37,948 nucleotides of DNA from contig SKJH01000104.1 in NCBI GenBank assembly GCA_007116005.1, forward strand, positions 1-37,948, given 5' to 3'. This document shows, in pieces, positions 15,942 through 25,438 of the stretch (its first letter is position 1; every line of letters begins with the position of its first letter). This DNA comes from Bacilli bacterium. Lineage in GTDB: Bacteria; Bacillota_I; Bacilli_A; RF39; UBA660. The notes beneath the pieces are model-generated. The model was not told where the DNA came from. It worked only from the letters and a program-made list of their open reading frames with translations, and did no database searches. The position numbers were made by a program, and so were the translations under genes.

Positions 15942-18644
15942 TTATTTTATTGATTTTACAACCGCTTTAATTTCTTCTAATATTTCGTCAATATTTGAAG
16001 TGTCGGTACCACCGCCTTGTCCAAAAATGTTTGAACCTCCGCCATTTCCTTTTGCTTTAATTGAAGCAGTCTTTATTAAATCACCACAATTTATTTTATT
16101 ACTAATTGATTTATTACATTTAGATATAAAATTCACATTATCATTTTTTATATTTGCAATAAATACAAAACCATTATTTAGTTTTTCTGTTATATTATCT
16201 ATTATTTGTTTTAATATAGGTAATGAGTACTCTTCTACTTTTATTACTATATATTCACAACAATCTGTTTTTTCAATATATTTATCAAAAATATTAATAT
16301 CTTTTAATGCTTTTTCTTCTTTTTTATTAGCATATTCTTTTTCTAATTCTTTTACTTTCTTTCTTAATAAGGTCATTTCATTTCTGTTATATATAATATC
16401 TTTATAAGATTTAGGAACTGAGTTATCTATTGAAACATTAAAACTTAAATCAATACCCTCTTCTTTAGCAGAATCTATTATTCTTTTGGCTTTTTCTAAT
16501 ATTTTTATCATTTCATCATTATGAGGTTTTTTTGCTTCGTATAATACTTTATGAATTAAATTATCAGTTGTAGCTTCTATTCTAAATGTATTAGCACCTT
16601 TAGATTCAAATGATTTGATTGCAAAAGCATTAATATCTTTAGTGTTATTTACATGAGTACCACCACATAATTCAATAGAATCAAAAAGTGTAATAACTCT
16701 TACAATATCTTCATATTTTTCATCAAATAGTGCAGTTGCACCTTTTTTCTTAGCCTCTTCTAAACTCATATATTCAATAAGTGTATCAGAATTACTATTA
16801 ATTTTTTCATTTACTAAAGATTCTGCAAAAACAATATCTTTTTCAGTTATTTTATCTGGGTAAATAAAATCAAATCTTAAAGAGTATTCATCAACTTTTG
16901 ATCCTGCTTGGCTAATATTTTCATTTAATGCCTCAACCAAAGCTTCTTGTAATATATGTGTTGCACTATGATTTTTACAAATTGCTTCTCTTTTTTTTGT
17001 GTTAATTTTAGCTTTTATAACATCGCCTTTTTTTATAATACCTTCAACAACATTTACAATATGTAAGTGTTGTTTATTTGGAGCTTTAATTACTTCAATT
17101 ACTTCTATTTTACAAGAATCATTATATATATATCCCGTATCACTAACTTGTCCTCCCATTTCGGCATAAAAAGGAGTTGATTCAAGTATTATATATCCTT
17201 CACCATCTAATTCATCTACTGTTTTATCTTCTTTAAACAAACCAATTATTTTAGTTTCACATTCATCTTGTTCATACCCAATGAATTTGCTTTCTTCTTT
17301 AAAGTTCATTAATGCAATATTTTGAGTGTTCATACTAGCTTCTTTTTTTCTAGCGTTCCTTGCCATTTCCCTTTGTTTATTCATACATGTATCAAAATCT
17401 TCTTTTGATACTGTGTATCCTTTTTCTTCTAGATATTCAAGAGTAAGTTCAAAAGGAAAACCATATGTATCATATAACTTAAATGCATCCTCTCCTGATA
17501 TAGTATTATCAGTACTTTTTTCAATCATCTCATATAATTTTTTTTCACCATTTGATAATGTATTATTAAACAATTTTTCTTCACTTAATATTAAATCTTT
17601 AACATATGTTGACTTTTGATTTAAATTAATATAAGCACTATTCATAATATCTATTACATTATCTACTAATTTATATAAGAAAGGTTCATTAACACCCAAT
17701 TTTTTACCATGTCTAGCAGCTCTTCTAAGTAACCTTCTTAATACATAACCTCTACCCTCATTGGAAAATACAGCACCATCCGATATAGCAAAAGTAAGTG
17801 TTCTAATGTGATCTGCTATTATTCTAAATTCAGGTTGATTAGTATACTTTTTATTACAATTTTTTTCAATTTCATTAATTATAGGTATAAATAAATCAGT
17901 ATCATAAGCAGAGTCTTTCTCTTGAATTATTGTAACCATTCTCTCTAAACCCATTCCGGTATCAATATTTTTATTTGGAAGTTCTGGGTATTCTTCTCTT
18001 TTTAAACCTTCTTTGGAATTGTATTGACTAAATACATTATTCCAAATTTCTACATATCTAGAATTATCAATTTCTTCTTTTAATAATTTAATTCCTAAAC
18101 CTTCTGGATCATATTTTTCTCCTCTATCATAGAAAATTTCTGAATCTGGCCCACATGGACCTTCACCTATTTCCCAATAATTATTTTCAAGTCTTATAAT
18201 ATGATCTTCAGGCATACCTATATTAATCCAATAATTATATGCTTCTTCATCTGTTGGGTATATAGTTACAAATAGTTTTTCTTTATCAAATCCAAAATAA
18301 TTAGGATCTGTTAGTAACTCATAAGACATCTCTATTGCTTCTTTTTTAAAATAATCTCCGATAGAAAAATTACCTAACATTTCAAAGAAGGTATGGTGTG
18401 TTGAATCTCCAACACTTTCAATATCATTTGTTCTAATACATTTTTGACAACTTACCATCCTTTTATTTTCCGGAATAACACTTCCATCAAAATATTTTTT
18501 TAATGGTGTTACACCTGCATTATTCCAAAGTAAAGTTGGATCATCATTCGGTATTAAAGATGCGCTTGAAATTATTTCATGCCCGCTTTCTTCAAAATAA
18601 TTTAAAAACATATCTCTAATTTCTGTACTAGTTAATTTTTTCAT
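15942..18644 (-). CDS. alaS: Alanine--tRNA ligase
   Basis: MKKLTSTEIRDMFLNYFEESGHEIISSASLIP N-terminus, editing-domain HSATH and CGGTH motifs, C-terminal DHHA1-like GGGG region. 900 aa. Confidence 0.97.
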   Translation of the reverse strand: MKKLTSTEIRDMFLNYFEESGHEIISSASLIPNDDPTLLWNNAGVTPLKKYFDGSVIPENKRMVSCQKCIRTNDIESVGDSTHHTFFEMLGNFSIGDYFKKEAIEMSYELLTDPNYFGFDKEKLFVTIYPTDEEAYNYWINIGMPEDHIIRLENNYWEIGEGPCGPDSEIFYDRGEKYDPEGLGIKLLKEEIDNSRYVEIWNNVFSQYNSKEGLKREEYPELPNKNIDTGMGLERMVTIIQEKDSAYDTDLFIPIINEIEKNCNKKYTNQPEFRIIADHIRTLTFAISDGAVFSNEGRGYVLRRLLRRAARHGKKLGVNEPFLYKLVDNVIDIMNSAYINLNQKSTYVKDLILSEEKLFNNTLSNGEKKLYEMIEKSTDNTISGEDAFKLYDTYGFPFELTLEYLEEKGYTVSKEDFDTCMNKQREMARNARKKEASMNTQNIALMNFKEESKFIGYEQDECETKIIGLFKEDKTVDELDGEGYIILESTPFYAEMGGQVSDTGYIYNDSCKIEVIEVIKAPNKQHLHIVNVVEGIIKKGDVIKAKINTKKREAICKNHSATHILQEALVEALNENISQAGSKVDEYSLRFDFIYPDKITEKDIVFAESLVNEKINSNSDTLIEYMSLEEAKKKGATALFDEKYEDIVRVITLFDSIELCGGTHVNNTKDINAFAIKSFESKGANTFRIEATTDNLIHKVLYEAKKPHNDEMIKILEKAKRIIDSAKEEGIDLSFNVSIDNSVPKSYKDIIYNRNEMTLLRKKVKELEKEYANKKEEKALKDINIFDKYIEKTDCCEYIVIKVEEYSLPILKQIIDNITEKLNNGFVFIANIKNDNVNFISKCNKSISNKINCGDLIKTASIKAKGNGGGSNIFGQGGGTDTSNIDEILEEIKAVVKSIK

Positions 18645-18667
18645 AAAGTCACTCCTTAATATTTCTT

Positions 18668-18695
18668 ATTATACTATTGATATAATAATATTCAA
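18668..18695 (-). promoter_or_regulatory. Sigma-A-type promoter for alaS
   Basis: -35 TTGAAT (18695-18690), 16-nt spacer, -10 TATAAT (18673-18668). The leader is only about 20 nt, with SD AAGGAGTG. Confidence 0.5.
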
Positions 18696-18720
18696 TAAAA
18701 ATAATAGAAGAAAATAAATT

Positions 18721-18942
18721 TTATAAGTCTAATTCTAAATCTAATATATTTTCACAAGTTGCTTCCCCTGGCTTTTCTCCTTCAACATATTCTTTATTTA
18801 ATAAATCACATGAAGTTTTTGTAATTGCATCTTTTAAGTACCCTCCTAAAAAAGTTACTAGAGCTACCGCTATTATTGCAATCAATGAAATAATTAAAAT
18901 ATATTCAACTAACGCTTGACCATTATTATTTATTTTTTTCAT
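18721..18942 (-). CDS. Flp/Fap-type (type IVb, Tad) prepilin-like protein, 73 aa
   Basis: MKKINNNG|QALVEYILIISLIAIIAVALVTFLGG has the G/xxxxEY Flp processing motif followed by a hydrophobic helix. The acidic C-terminal tail has two Cys (C45, C63). A GGAG SD lies 8 nt before the ATG, 20 nt after the xseB stop. Confidence 0.65.
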   Translation of the reverse strand: MKKINNNGQALVEYILIISLIAIIAVALVTFLGGYLKDAITKTSCDLLNKEYVEGEKPGEATCENILDLELDL

Positions 18943-18962
18943 AAAATCAGCTCCAATATTAA

Positions 18963-19178
18963 TTATTCTTTTACTTCAAACTCTTTTAGTTCTTGATTTT
19001 CATCTAAAACTTTACTAACTAACTCCTCTGCATTTTTAATTTTATCTGAACATTCTTTTGCTAATTTCATTGCATTAGTGTATTTGTTAATAGCATCATC
19101 TAAATTTACTTTACCACTTTCTAATTCTTTAACAATGTTTTCTAATTCTAATAATTTTTCTTCAAAACTCATTTCCAT
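18963..19178 (-). CDS. xseB: Exodeoxyribonuclease VII small subunit
   Basis: FEEKLLELENIVKELESGKVNLDDAINKY is the XseB signature. Its start overlaps the xseA stop (TAATG). Confidence 0.93.
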   Translation of the reverse strand: MEMSFEEKLLELENIVKELESGKVNLDDAINKYTNAMKLAKECSDKIKNAEELVSKVLDENQELKEFEVKE

Positions 19179-20458
19179 TATAAACTCTCCTTTATTTTTA
19201 ATACTTTGGCATCAACTGAACCATCACTTAGATTTATAGTTATATCCTCATTTGGTTTAACTTTATTTATACTTCCAACACTAATTCCATCTTTTTTTAT
19301 AATTGCATATCCCCTCTTTAATGAGTTCATAGGATTTAACAATTCTATTTTTTCTATATATTTTATAAGTAATTCATTTTTCTTTTCATATATTACCATA
19401 GGGTTTTTCATAATATAACTATTTTTCATTATATTTATTTCATGTTTTCTATCATTAATTATATGTTTCATAATTGAAGTTACTTTTTCTTTAATGTTTT
19501 TGATATTATTACTTTTCACTTCATAAATTGATAGTGGATTTTTCATAATATAACTATTTTTTATTTTTTCTACAGTAGTTCTATAGTTCTCAAGTTTATT
19601 TTTCATATTAATATTAATTTTATTTATGTAATTATCTATATTTAATGAAACATCTTCTATGTTAGGGACTGCTAATTCAGCTGCTGCTGTAGGTGTCGCT
19701 GCTCTGATATCTGCAACAAAGTCCGCAATAGTAAAGTCCACTTGATGACCAACAGCACTAATAACTGGAATTTTAGAATTATATATAGCTTCTGCTACAA
19801 TTCTTTCATTAAATGGCCATAAATCTTCAATTGAACCTCCACCTCTACCTACTATTAATGTATCAATATCATAAGTATTTGCAATTTTAATTTTATTAGT
19901 TATATCAGCAGCTGCATCACTTCCTTGTACTAAGCTAGGAAATAATATAGTTTCACATATAGGATATCTTCTTTTAATAGTTGATAATATATCTTTTATT
20001 GCAGCACCAGTACTTGCAGTAACAATACCAATTTTTTTAGGGTACTTTGGAATATTCTTTTTTATTTCTTGGTTAAAAAACCCCTCTTTTTGTAGCTCTG
20101 ATTTTAATTGTAAATATTTTTGATATAGTTCACCTTCACCATCTAAGCTCATTTGTTCTACATATAACTGATAATTTCCGTTTGGTTCATATACACTAAT
20201 TCTACCAATTATATTAATTGAATCACCATCTTTAGGTTCAAATGTCAATCCTTTTGATTTTTGAGAAAACATTACTGAATTAATTCTACTTAATTCATCT
20301 TTAACTGTAAAGTAACAATGACCACTAGGTACCTGTTTTTTCCAATTTGAAATTTCACCTTTTATATAAACTTTTTTAAAAAAATTACTATTATCAAATT
20401 TCATTTTTATAATTTTAGTAAGTTCACCGACACTTATATATAATTTTTCTTCAACCAT
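19178..20458 (-). CDS. xseA: Exodeoxyribonuclease VII large subunit
   Basis: N-terminal OB fold (VYIKGEISNWK), GRGGGSIEDLWPFN motif, helical C-terminus ending ..RGYAI. ATG at 20458 behind AGTAGGTGAT (the track's start is a TTG 18 nt upstream). Confidence 0.95.
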   Translation of the reverse strand: MVEEKLYISVGELTKIIKMKFDNSNFFKKVYIKGEISNWKKQVPSGHCYFTVKDELSRINSVMFSQKSKGLTFEPKDGDSINIIGRISVYEPNGNYQLYVEQMSLDGEGELYQKYLQLKSELQKEGFFNQEIKKNIPKYPKKIGIVTASTGAAIKDILSTIKRRYPICETILFPSLVQGSDAAADITNKIKIANTYDIDTLIVGRGGGSIEDLWPFNERIVAEAIYNSKIPVISAVGHQVDFTIADFVADIRAATPTAAAELAVPNIEDVSLNIDNYINKININMKNKLENYRTTVEKIKNSYIMKNPLSIYEVKSNNIKNIKEKVTSIMKHIINDRKHEINIMKNSYIMKNPMVIYEKKNELLIKYIEKIELLNPMNSLKRGYAIIKKDGISVGSINKVKPNEDITINLSDGSVDAKVLKIKESL

Positions 20459-20480
20459 TTTATCACCTACTATCAATATA

Positions 20481-20489
20481 ATTATAACA
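20481..20489 (-). promoter_or_regulatory. Candidate extended -10 promoter for xseA-xseB-flp
   Basis: TGTTATAAT (TGn + TATAAT) on the minus strand, immediately after the nusB terminator T-tract. There is no good -35. Confidence 0.35.
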
Positions 20490-20528
20490 AAAAAAGAAAG
20501 AAATTACTATTTATTATAGTAGTTTCTT
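20488..20528 (-). terminator. Rho-independent terminator after nusB
   Basis: Minus strand: AAGAAACTACTAT / ATAGTAATTTCTT, 12 of 13 bp paired, loop AATAA, followed by TCTTTTTTTG. Confidence 0.7.
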
Positions 20529-20556
20529 TTTTATATTTCTAGTATTTATTTATTAA

Positions 20557-20967
20557 TTATTGATTATCTTTATTATTTAGCAAATTATCAAGTACACCAT
20601 TTATCATATTTTTAACTTTGTCATCAGAATATTTTTTAGCTAATTCTACCGATTCATTAATACAAACAATATCTGGAGTATCAGTATACATTAATTCATA
20701 CACACCAATTCTTAATATTGCTTGATCAGTTTTACCTAATCTATCAATAGTCCAATTCTTTAAGTTTTTATTTATAATATTATCAATATCTTGTTTTTTA
20801 TTTATAACACCCTCAACTAATTCTATAACAAAATCATTTTGAATTTCTATTAATTCTTTTATAACGGTTTTTGTGTCATAAACAATTTTGTTACTTTCAT
20901 ATATAAAAATTTGATACAGTGCTGTCATTGCTATTTCTCTTGATTTGCTTCTATTCATATCTGTCAT
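20557..20967 (-). CDS. nusB: Transcription antitermination factor NusB
   Basis: RSKSREIAMTALYQ..., ..DRLGKTDQAILRIGVYEL..., 136 aa. SD AGGTGAT. Confidence 0.93.
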   Translation of the reverse strand: MTDMNRSKSREIAMTALYQIFIYESNKIVYDTKTVIKELIEIQNDFVIELVEGVINKKQDIDNIINKNLKNWTIDRLGKTDQAILRIGVYELMYTDTPDIVCINESVELAKKYSDDKVKNMINGVLDNLLNNKDNQ

Positions 20968-21027
20968 AAAATCACCTAAAACAATTCTATCACAAATTAA
21001 AAGAAAATGCTAAACATTTTTTCTTTA

Positions 21028-21906
21028 TTATATGTTTTTCATCTTTTTAAATCTTATTACATTTAATACTCCAAAAATTATTATACTTAAAATTATATAA
21101 ATAACCATAAAGTTACTTGTTAATTCATAATTACCTAAAAACAAGTTAATTCCTTGCGTATTAGAGAAATTTATATTTTGTTCAACTGGTGCATTTTCAA
21201 ATACTATATTCATAGGTTGTTCAACAAATATTTTTCTAAGAAGTGATGCTCCTTGAGATACTGGTAGAATATTTGAAAAAAATTGAACACCTTTTGGCAT
21301 TATTCCCATTGGAATATATGCTCCAGTTACAAATCCAATTAATACACCGACTATTGATGCAAACACAGATAATGATTGTTCATTATTTAAAAATGATACA
21401 ATAAACAATAAAAATAATGAAGAAGATATAACACAAAGAATAATTATTCCAACAACTTGTGACAATTGTGTAATAGTTAATAATGTTCCTCCTGATATTA
21501 ATATATATATTTCTGCTAATATTAATAGGGAAAAAGATATTGTAAACGCTATAAATAACGTAGATATTATATATGAAATAAATACATGAGTTCTTTTTAT
21601 TGGTGCTACTAAAAAGTCGTTAAGTACTTTATTTTGCTTATCTGCAACAATTCTACCTAATGCACCAAGAGACAAGGTAACAGTAGCTACTGCAATTAAA
21701 CCAGACATTACCCAGGCATTAACAAGTGGTTTTATACCTTCTACATCACCAGCTAGTTGTTTAATATTGTGAACTTGTACATCTGATAAAAACAATATAT
21801 ATACAACAAGAATTATAATAACAGACAAAAATGAAAAGAAGACTTCTGATTTGTTTCTAAAAAACATTAATAAATTTCTTTTAGTTAAACTATATATTGA
21901 TTTCAT
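21028..21906 (-). CDS. ABC-2 type transporter permease (DrrB-like)
   Basis: 292 aa with about 6 predicted TM helices. It starts 1 nt after the ATPase stop. Confidence 0.8.
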   Translation of the reverse strand: MKSIYSLTKRNLLMFFRNKSEVFFSFLSVIIILVVYILFLSDVQVHNIKQLAGDVEGIKPLVNAWVMSGLIAVATVTLSLGALGRIVADKQNKVLNDFLVAPIKRTHVFISYIISTLFIAFTISFSLLILAEIYILISGGTLLTITQLSQVVGIIILCVISSSLFLLFIVSFLNNEQSLSVFASIVGVLIGFVTGAYIPMGIMPKGVQFFSNILPVSQGASLLRKIFVEQPMNIVFENAPVEQNINFSNTQGINLFLGNYELTSNFMVIYIILSIIIFGVLNVIRFKKMKNI

Positions 21907-21907
21907 T

Positions 21908-22825
21908 TTAATCCTCCCTAATATCTTTTCCTGTTAAATTTATAAATACTTGATCCATATTACCTTCTAGAACTTCAAATGTTAATATATTTTCTTCTAT
22001 ATCTTTTAGTATTTTTATAGCTTCTAAACTCTTTTCAAGATAAATATCAATTGTATCTACTTTTGTTTTATATTCGTATTTAAATTTGTCTAAATATGTT
22101 ATTGATTTTTTCTTATCTTTTGGCAATATCTTCAATATATTTGTTGTATGTTTTTCTTTGAGTTTCATAGGAGTATCATATACTATTATTTTACCATCAT
22201 CAATAATTGCAATTTTATCAGCATTTACAGCTTCTTCCATATAATGCGTTGTTAAAAATATAGTTGTTTTATTTTTCTTTTGTATTTCTTCTAACATTTC
22301 CCAAACTTTTTTTCTTGTTTGGGGATCTAACCCAGTAGTAGGTTCATCTAAAAACAGTATTTTAGGATCATTAATAAGTGCCCTTGCGATATCAACTCTT
22401 CTTTTTTGTCCACCAGATAATTTTTCATACTTTCTATTAAGAATATCAGTTATACCAATTGTTTCAGCTATATAATCTAATCTTTTTTTAAATTCTTCAT
22501 CTGAAATTTTGTAAAAACCTGCTCTAACTTTAATATTTTCTTTTACAGTTAATAAGTTATCTAAATGAGAGTTTTGAAAAACAACTCCAATGCTTGATCT
22601 TATTAAATAATCGTCTTTTCCTAGCTTATAACCGTTAATTTCAATATCACCTTTAGTTTTTCCTAATATAGTACATAAGATGTTTATTGTAGTACTTTTT
22701 CCTGCGCCATTTTGTCCTAAAAAAGCAAAGAAATGTCCTTCTTCAACATTAAAACTGATATTTTTTACTGCAGTTATTTTGTCATATTTTTTTGTTAGAT
22801 TTTTAACCTTAATAATATTTTTCAC
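21908..22825 (-). CDS. ABC transporter ATP-binding protein (DrrA/CcmA-like exporter ATPase)
   Basis: Walker A GQNGAGKST, signature LSGGQKRR, Walker B LFLDEPTTGLD, H-loop TTHYM. SD AAAGGAGAAC lies in the 20-nt gap after mutS. Confidence 0.92.
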   Translation of the reverse strand: MKNIIKVKNLTKKYDKITAVKNISFNVEEGHFFAFLGQNGAGKSTTINILCTILGKTKGDIEINGYKLGKDDYLIRSSIGVVFQNSHLDNLLTVKENIKVRAGFYKISDEEFKKRLDYIAETIGITDILNRKYEKLSGGQKRRVDIARALINDPKILFLDEPTTGLDPQTRKKVWEMLEEIQKKNKTTIFLTTHYMEEAVNADKIAIIDDGKIIVYDTPMKLKEKHTTNILKILPKDKKKSITYLDKFKYEYKTKVDTIDIYLEKSLEAIKILKDIEENILTFEVLEGNMDQVFINLTGKDIRED

Positions 22826-22845
22826 ATTAGTTCTCCTTTATAAAT

Positions 22846-25389
22846 TTATTCATCTATATCGTTTTTTATTTTATAAAGTATATTTAAAGCTTCCATAGGA
22901 CTTATTTCAAGGGGATTAATTTCTTTTATATCTTCAATTATTTTATCATGCTTACTATTTATAATTGGTTGTTCAAAATTAAATTCTTCTTGGATAAAAA
23001 CTGATTTTTTTTCTTTGTTTTCATATATATCTAATATTTGATTTGCTCTTTTTATTAATTCTTTAGGTAAATTAGCAAGTTTAGCTACATGTATACCATA
23101 ACTTTTATCTATTGATCCTTCTTTTACTTTGTGTAAAAATGTAATATTACCATCTTCTTCAACTGCACTTACATGAACATTTTTAAGATTAACTAAATTA
23201 TTTTCTAATTCAGTTAATTCATGATAATGTGTTGAAAACATAGTTTTACATTTTATATTATCATGAATATACTCAATAATAGATTGGGCTAAAGCCATAC
23301 CATCATATGTAGCGGTTCCCCTACCTAATTCATCAAAAATAATCAAACTATTTTCAGTAGCATTTTCTATTGCGTTATTTGCTTCTATCATTTCTACCAT
23401 AAATGTAGATTCGCCACTTACTAAATCATCACTTGCTCCAATTCTTGTGTAAATACTATCAAATATAGGCATTATACACTCACTACAAGGAACAAAACAT
23501 CCAATTTGAGCCATAATTGCTGTTATTACTAATTCTCTCATATAAGTTGATTTACCAGCCATATTAGGACCAGTTATTAATAATATATTTATATCTTCAT
23601 CCATAATTATATCATTAGGTACAAATTCATCTTTTATTACTTTTTCAACGACAGGATGCCTATTATCTTTAATGTATACTTTTCTATCTTCAATAATTTT
23701 AGGTCTAATATATTTGTTTTCTTCTGCTACATTGGAAAAAGATTGTAATACGTCTATTTCTGCAATAACATTTGCATTTTTTTGTAATATAGGTATATAT
23801 TTTTTAACTTCTTCTCTGATTTTTAAAAATAAATTATATTCTAAATTAATAATTTTTTCTTCTGCTCCTAAAATTAATTCTTCTTTTTCTTTTAACAATG
23901 GAGTAATATATCTTTCACAATTTGCTAAAGTTTGTTTTCTTTCATAACCAGAATCTTCTGGAATTAAATGAATATTACCTTTTGATACTTCTATATAATA
24001 ACCAAATACTTTGTTATATCCAACTTTTAAATTTTTTATTCCAGTTCTATTTTTTTCATCAGCTTCTAATTTAAGAATAAAGTCTTTCCCACCTTTTCTA
24101 CTAGTTTTTAATATATCCAAATCACCGTTGTAACCTGTTTTTATTAAAGAACCTTCTTTTATTGTAATAGGTGGATTTTCATTAATACTATTTTCTAATA
24201 AATAATATAATTCCTCAAGTGTATCAATAGTATTATAAAAATTTAAGTCTTTTAGTATATTTTTAATTTTAGGTAAAACTCTTAACGAACTTTTTAATTG
24301 CAATAAATCTCTTGCATTAGCGTTACCATATGAAATTCTTCCACATAATCTTTCTAAATCATATACTTCAAATAACAAAGCTTTTAATTCTTCTTTTAAT
24401 ATAAATTCTTCTAAAAGTTTTTCTATAATATCATATCTTTGATTTATAATATTTTTATCTAACAAAGGATTTTCTATCCAATTTTTTAACATTCTACTAC
24501 CCATTGCAGTTTTAGTTTTATCCAATAACCAAAGAAGAGAATAACTCCTTGATTTCAACCTTAAACTTTCAGTTAATTCAAGATTTCTTTTTGTATGAAC
24601 ATCCATTTTTAAATATGATTTATTATCTAGTATTTTGACTTTTTGAAGATGAGATAAACTTCTTTTTTGAGTATCATTTAAATATGAAAGTAAATGTTTA
24701 ATTGCTTCAATATATCTAACATCATTGACCTCAATATATAAGTTTTTATATTCTTCAATATCATTAACCACATCATATATCGAAATATTTATTTTATATT
24801 TATTTTTTAAATTTTCAATAATTTTTTTATCAAAATTGTTATTTACAACAACTTCACTAATTCCTACAGAAACTACTTCTGATATAACTTTATTTGAATT
24901 GTGTTCAAATAAAATAGTGTTAAATACCCCTGTTGATATATCAGTATAACTTAAAACATAGCAATGATTAAAATCAATTATATTACCAATATAATTGTTA
25001 CTTTTTTCATCTAAATATTCGCCGTTCATAATAGTACCTTTTGATACTACTTGAAGTACTTCTCTTTTTACTACACCCTTTGCAACACTTGCATCTTCAA
25101 CTTGTTCGCATATTGCAACTTTATATCCTTTTTCAATTAACTTATCTATATATATATTTGAAGAATGATGAGGAATTCCACACATTGGTATTCTATCTTC
25201 CAAACCGGCATTTTTTCCTGTTAAAGTTAATTCTAATTCACGAGATACAGTTATGGCATCTTCAAAAAACATCTCATAAAAATCGCCAAGTCTAAAAAAT
25301 AAAACAACATCATTATAATTATCTTTTATGTCCATGTATTGTAACATCATAGGAGATAGTTTTTTTCTATCTACTTCATTTCTCTTCAT
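22846..25389 (-). CDS. mutS: DNA mismatch repair protein MutS
   Basis: LSPMMLQYMDIK mismatch-binding N-terminus, Walker A GPNMAGKST, ESTFMVEM motif. 847 aa. Confidence 0.97.
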   Translation of the reverse strand: MKRNEVDRKKLSPMMLQYMDIKDNYNDVVLFFRLGDFYEMFFEDAITVSRELELTLTGKNAGLEDRIPMCGIPHHSSNIYIDKLIEKGYKVAICEQVEDASVAKGVVKREVLQVVSKGTIMNGEYLDEKSNNYIGNIIDFNHCYVLSYTDISTGVFNTILFEHNSNKVISEVVSVGISEVVVNNNFDKKIIENLKNKYKINISIYDVVNDIEEYKNLYIEVNDVRYIEAIKHLLSYLNDTQKRSLSHLQKVKILDNKSYLKMDVHTKRNLELTESLRLKSRSYSLLWLLDKTKTAMGSRMLKNWIENPLLDKNIINQRYDIIEKLLEEFILKEELKALLFEVYDLERLCGRISYGNANARDLLQLKSSLRVLPKIKNILKDLNFYNTIDTLEELYYLLENSINENPPITIKEGSLIKTGYNGDLDILKTSRKGGKDFILKLEADEKNRTGIKNLKVGYNKVFGYYIEVSKGNIHLIPEDSGYERKQTLANCERYITPLLKEKEELILGAEEKIINLEYNLFLKIREEVKKYIPILQKNANVIAEIDVLQSFSNVAEENKYIRPKIIEDRKVYIKDNRHPVVEKVIKDEFVPNDIIMDEDINILLITGPNMAGKSTYMRELVITAIMAQIGCFVPCSECIMPIFDSIYTRIGASDDLVSGESTFMVEMIEANNAIENATENSLIIFDELGRGTATYDGMALAQSIIEYIHDNIKCKTMFSTHYHELTELENNLVNLKNVHVSAVEEDGNITFLHKVKEGSIDKSYGIHVAKLANLPKELIKRANQILDIYENKEKKSVFIQEEFNFEQPIINSKHDKIIEDIKEINPLEISPMEALNILYKIKNDIDE

Positions 25390-25406
25390 ACATTACCACC
25401 AAACAA

Positions 25407-25415
25407 ATTATAACA
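25407..25415 (-). promoter_or_regulatory. Candidate extended -10 promoter for mutS
   Basis: TGTTATAAT on the minus strand, about 18 nt upstream of the mutS ATG (SD GGTGG). The -35 is weak (TATGCA). Confidence 0.35.
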
Positions 25416-25438
25416 TGCATGATTTTTTTTGCATAGGT

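Noticed and set aside
18645-18720. Looked for a T-box leader upstream of alaS (present in B. subtilis) and for riboswitch-sized leaders elsewhere
   Set aside because: Only 76 nt separate alaS from the upstream gene. These are filled by a TTGAAT-16-TATAAT promoter and an SD, leaving no room for a T-box of about 200 nt. No other intergenic region in the window is long enough for a riboswitch except 146-358, which shows no conserved riboswitch core that I recognise.
18721-18942. The 73-aa ORF as a double-glycine bacteriocin precursor (contains FLGG)
   Set aside because: The GG lies at the end of a 20-residue hydrophobic helix rather than after a charged amphipathic leader of about 15-25 aa. There is no C39-peptidase ABC exporter or immunity gene adjacent. 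The G/xxxxEY Flp motif explains the sequence better.
19404-19561. 23-nt perfect direct repeat (TTTTTCATAATATAACTATTTTT at 19404-19426 and 19539-19561) inside xseA, 135 nt apart and in frame
   Set aside because: It encodes the repeated peptide KNSYIMKNP in the helical C-terminal region of XseA, which is known to be built from similar helical segments. It is an in-frame internal duplication of a structural repeat, not a mobile or regulatory repeat.
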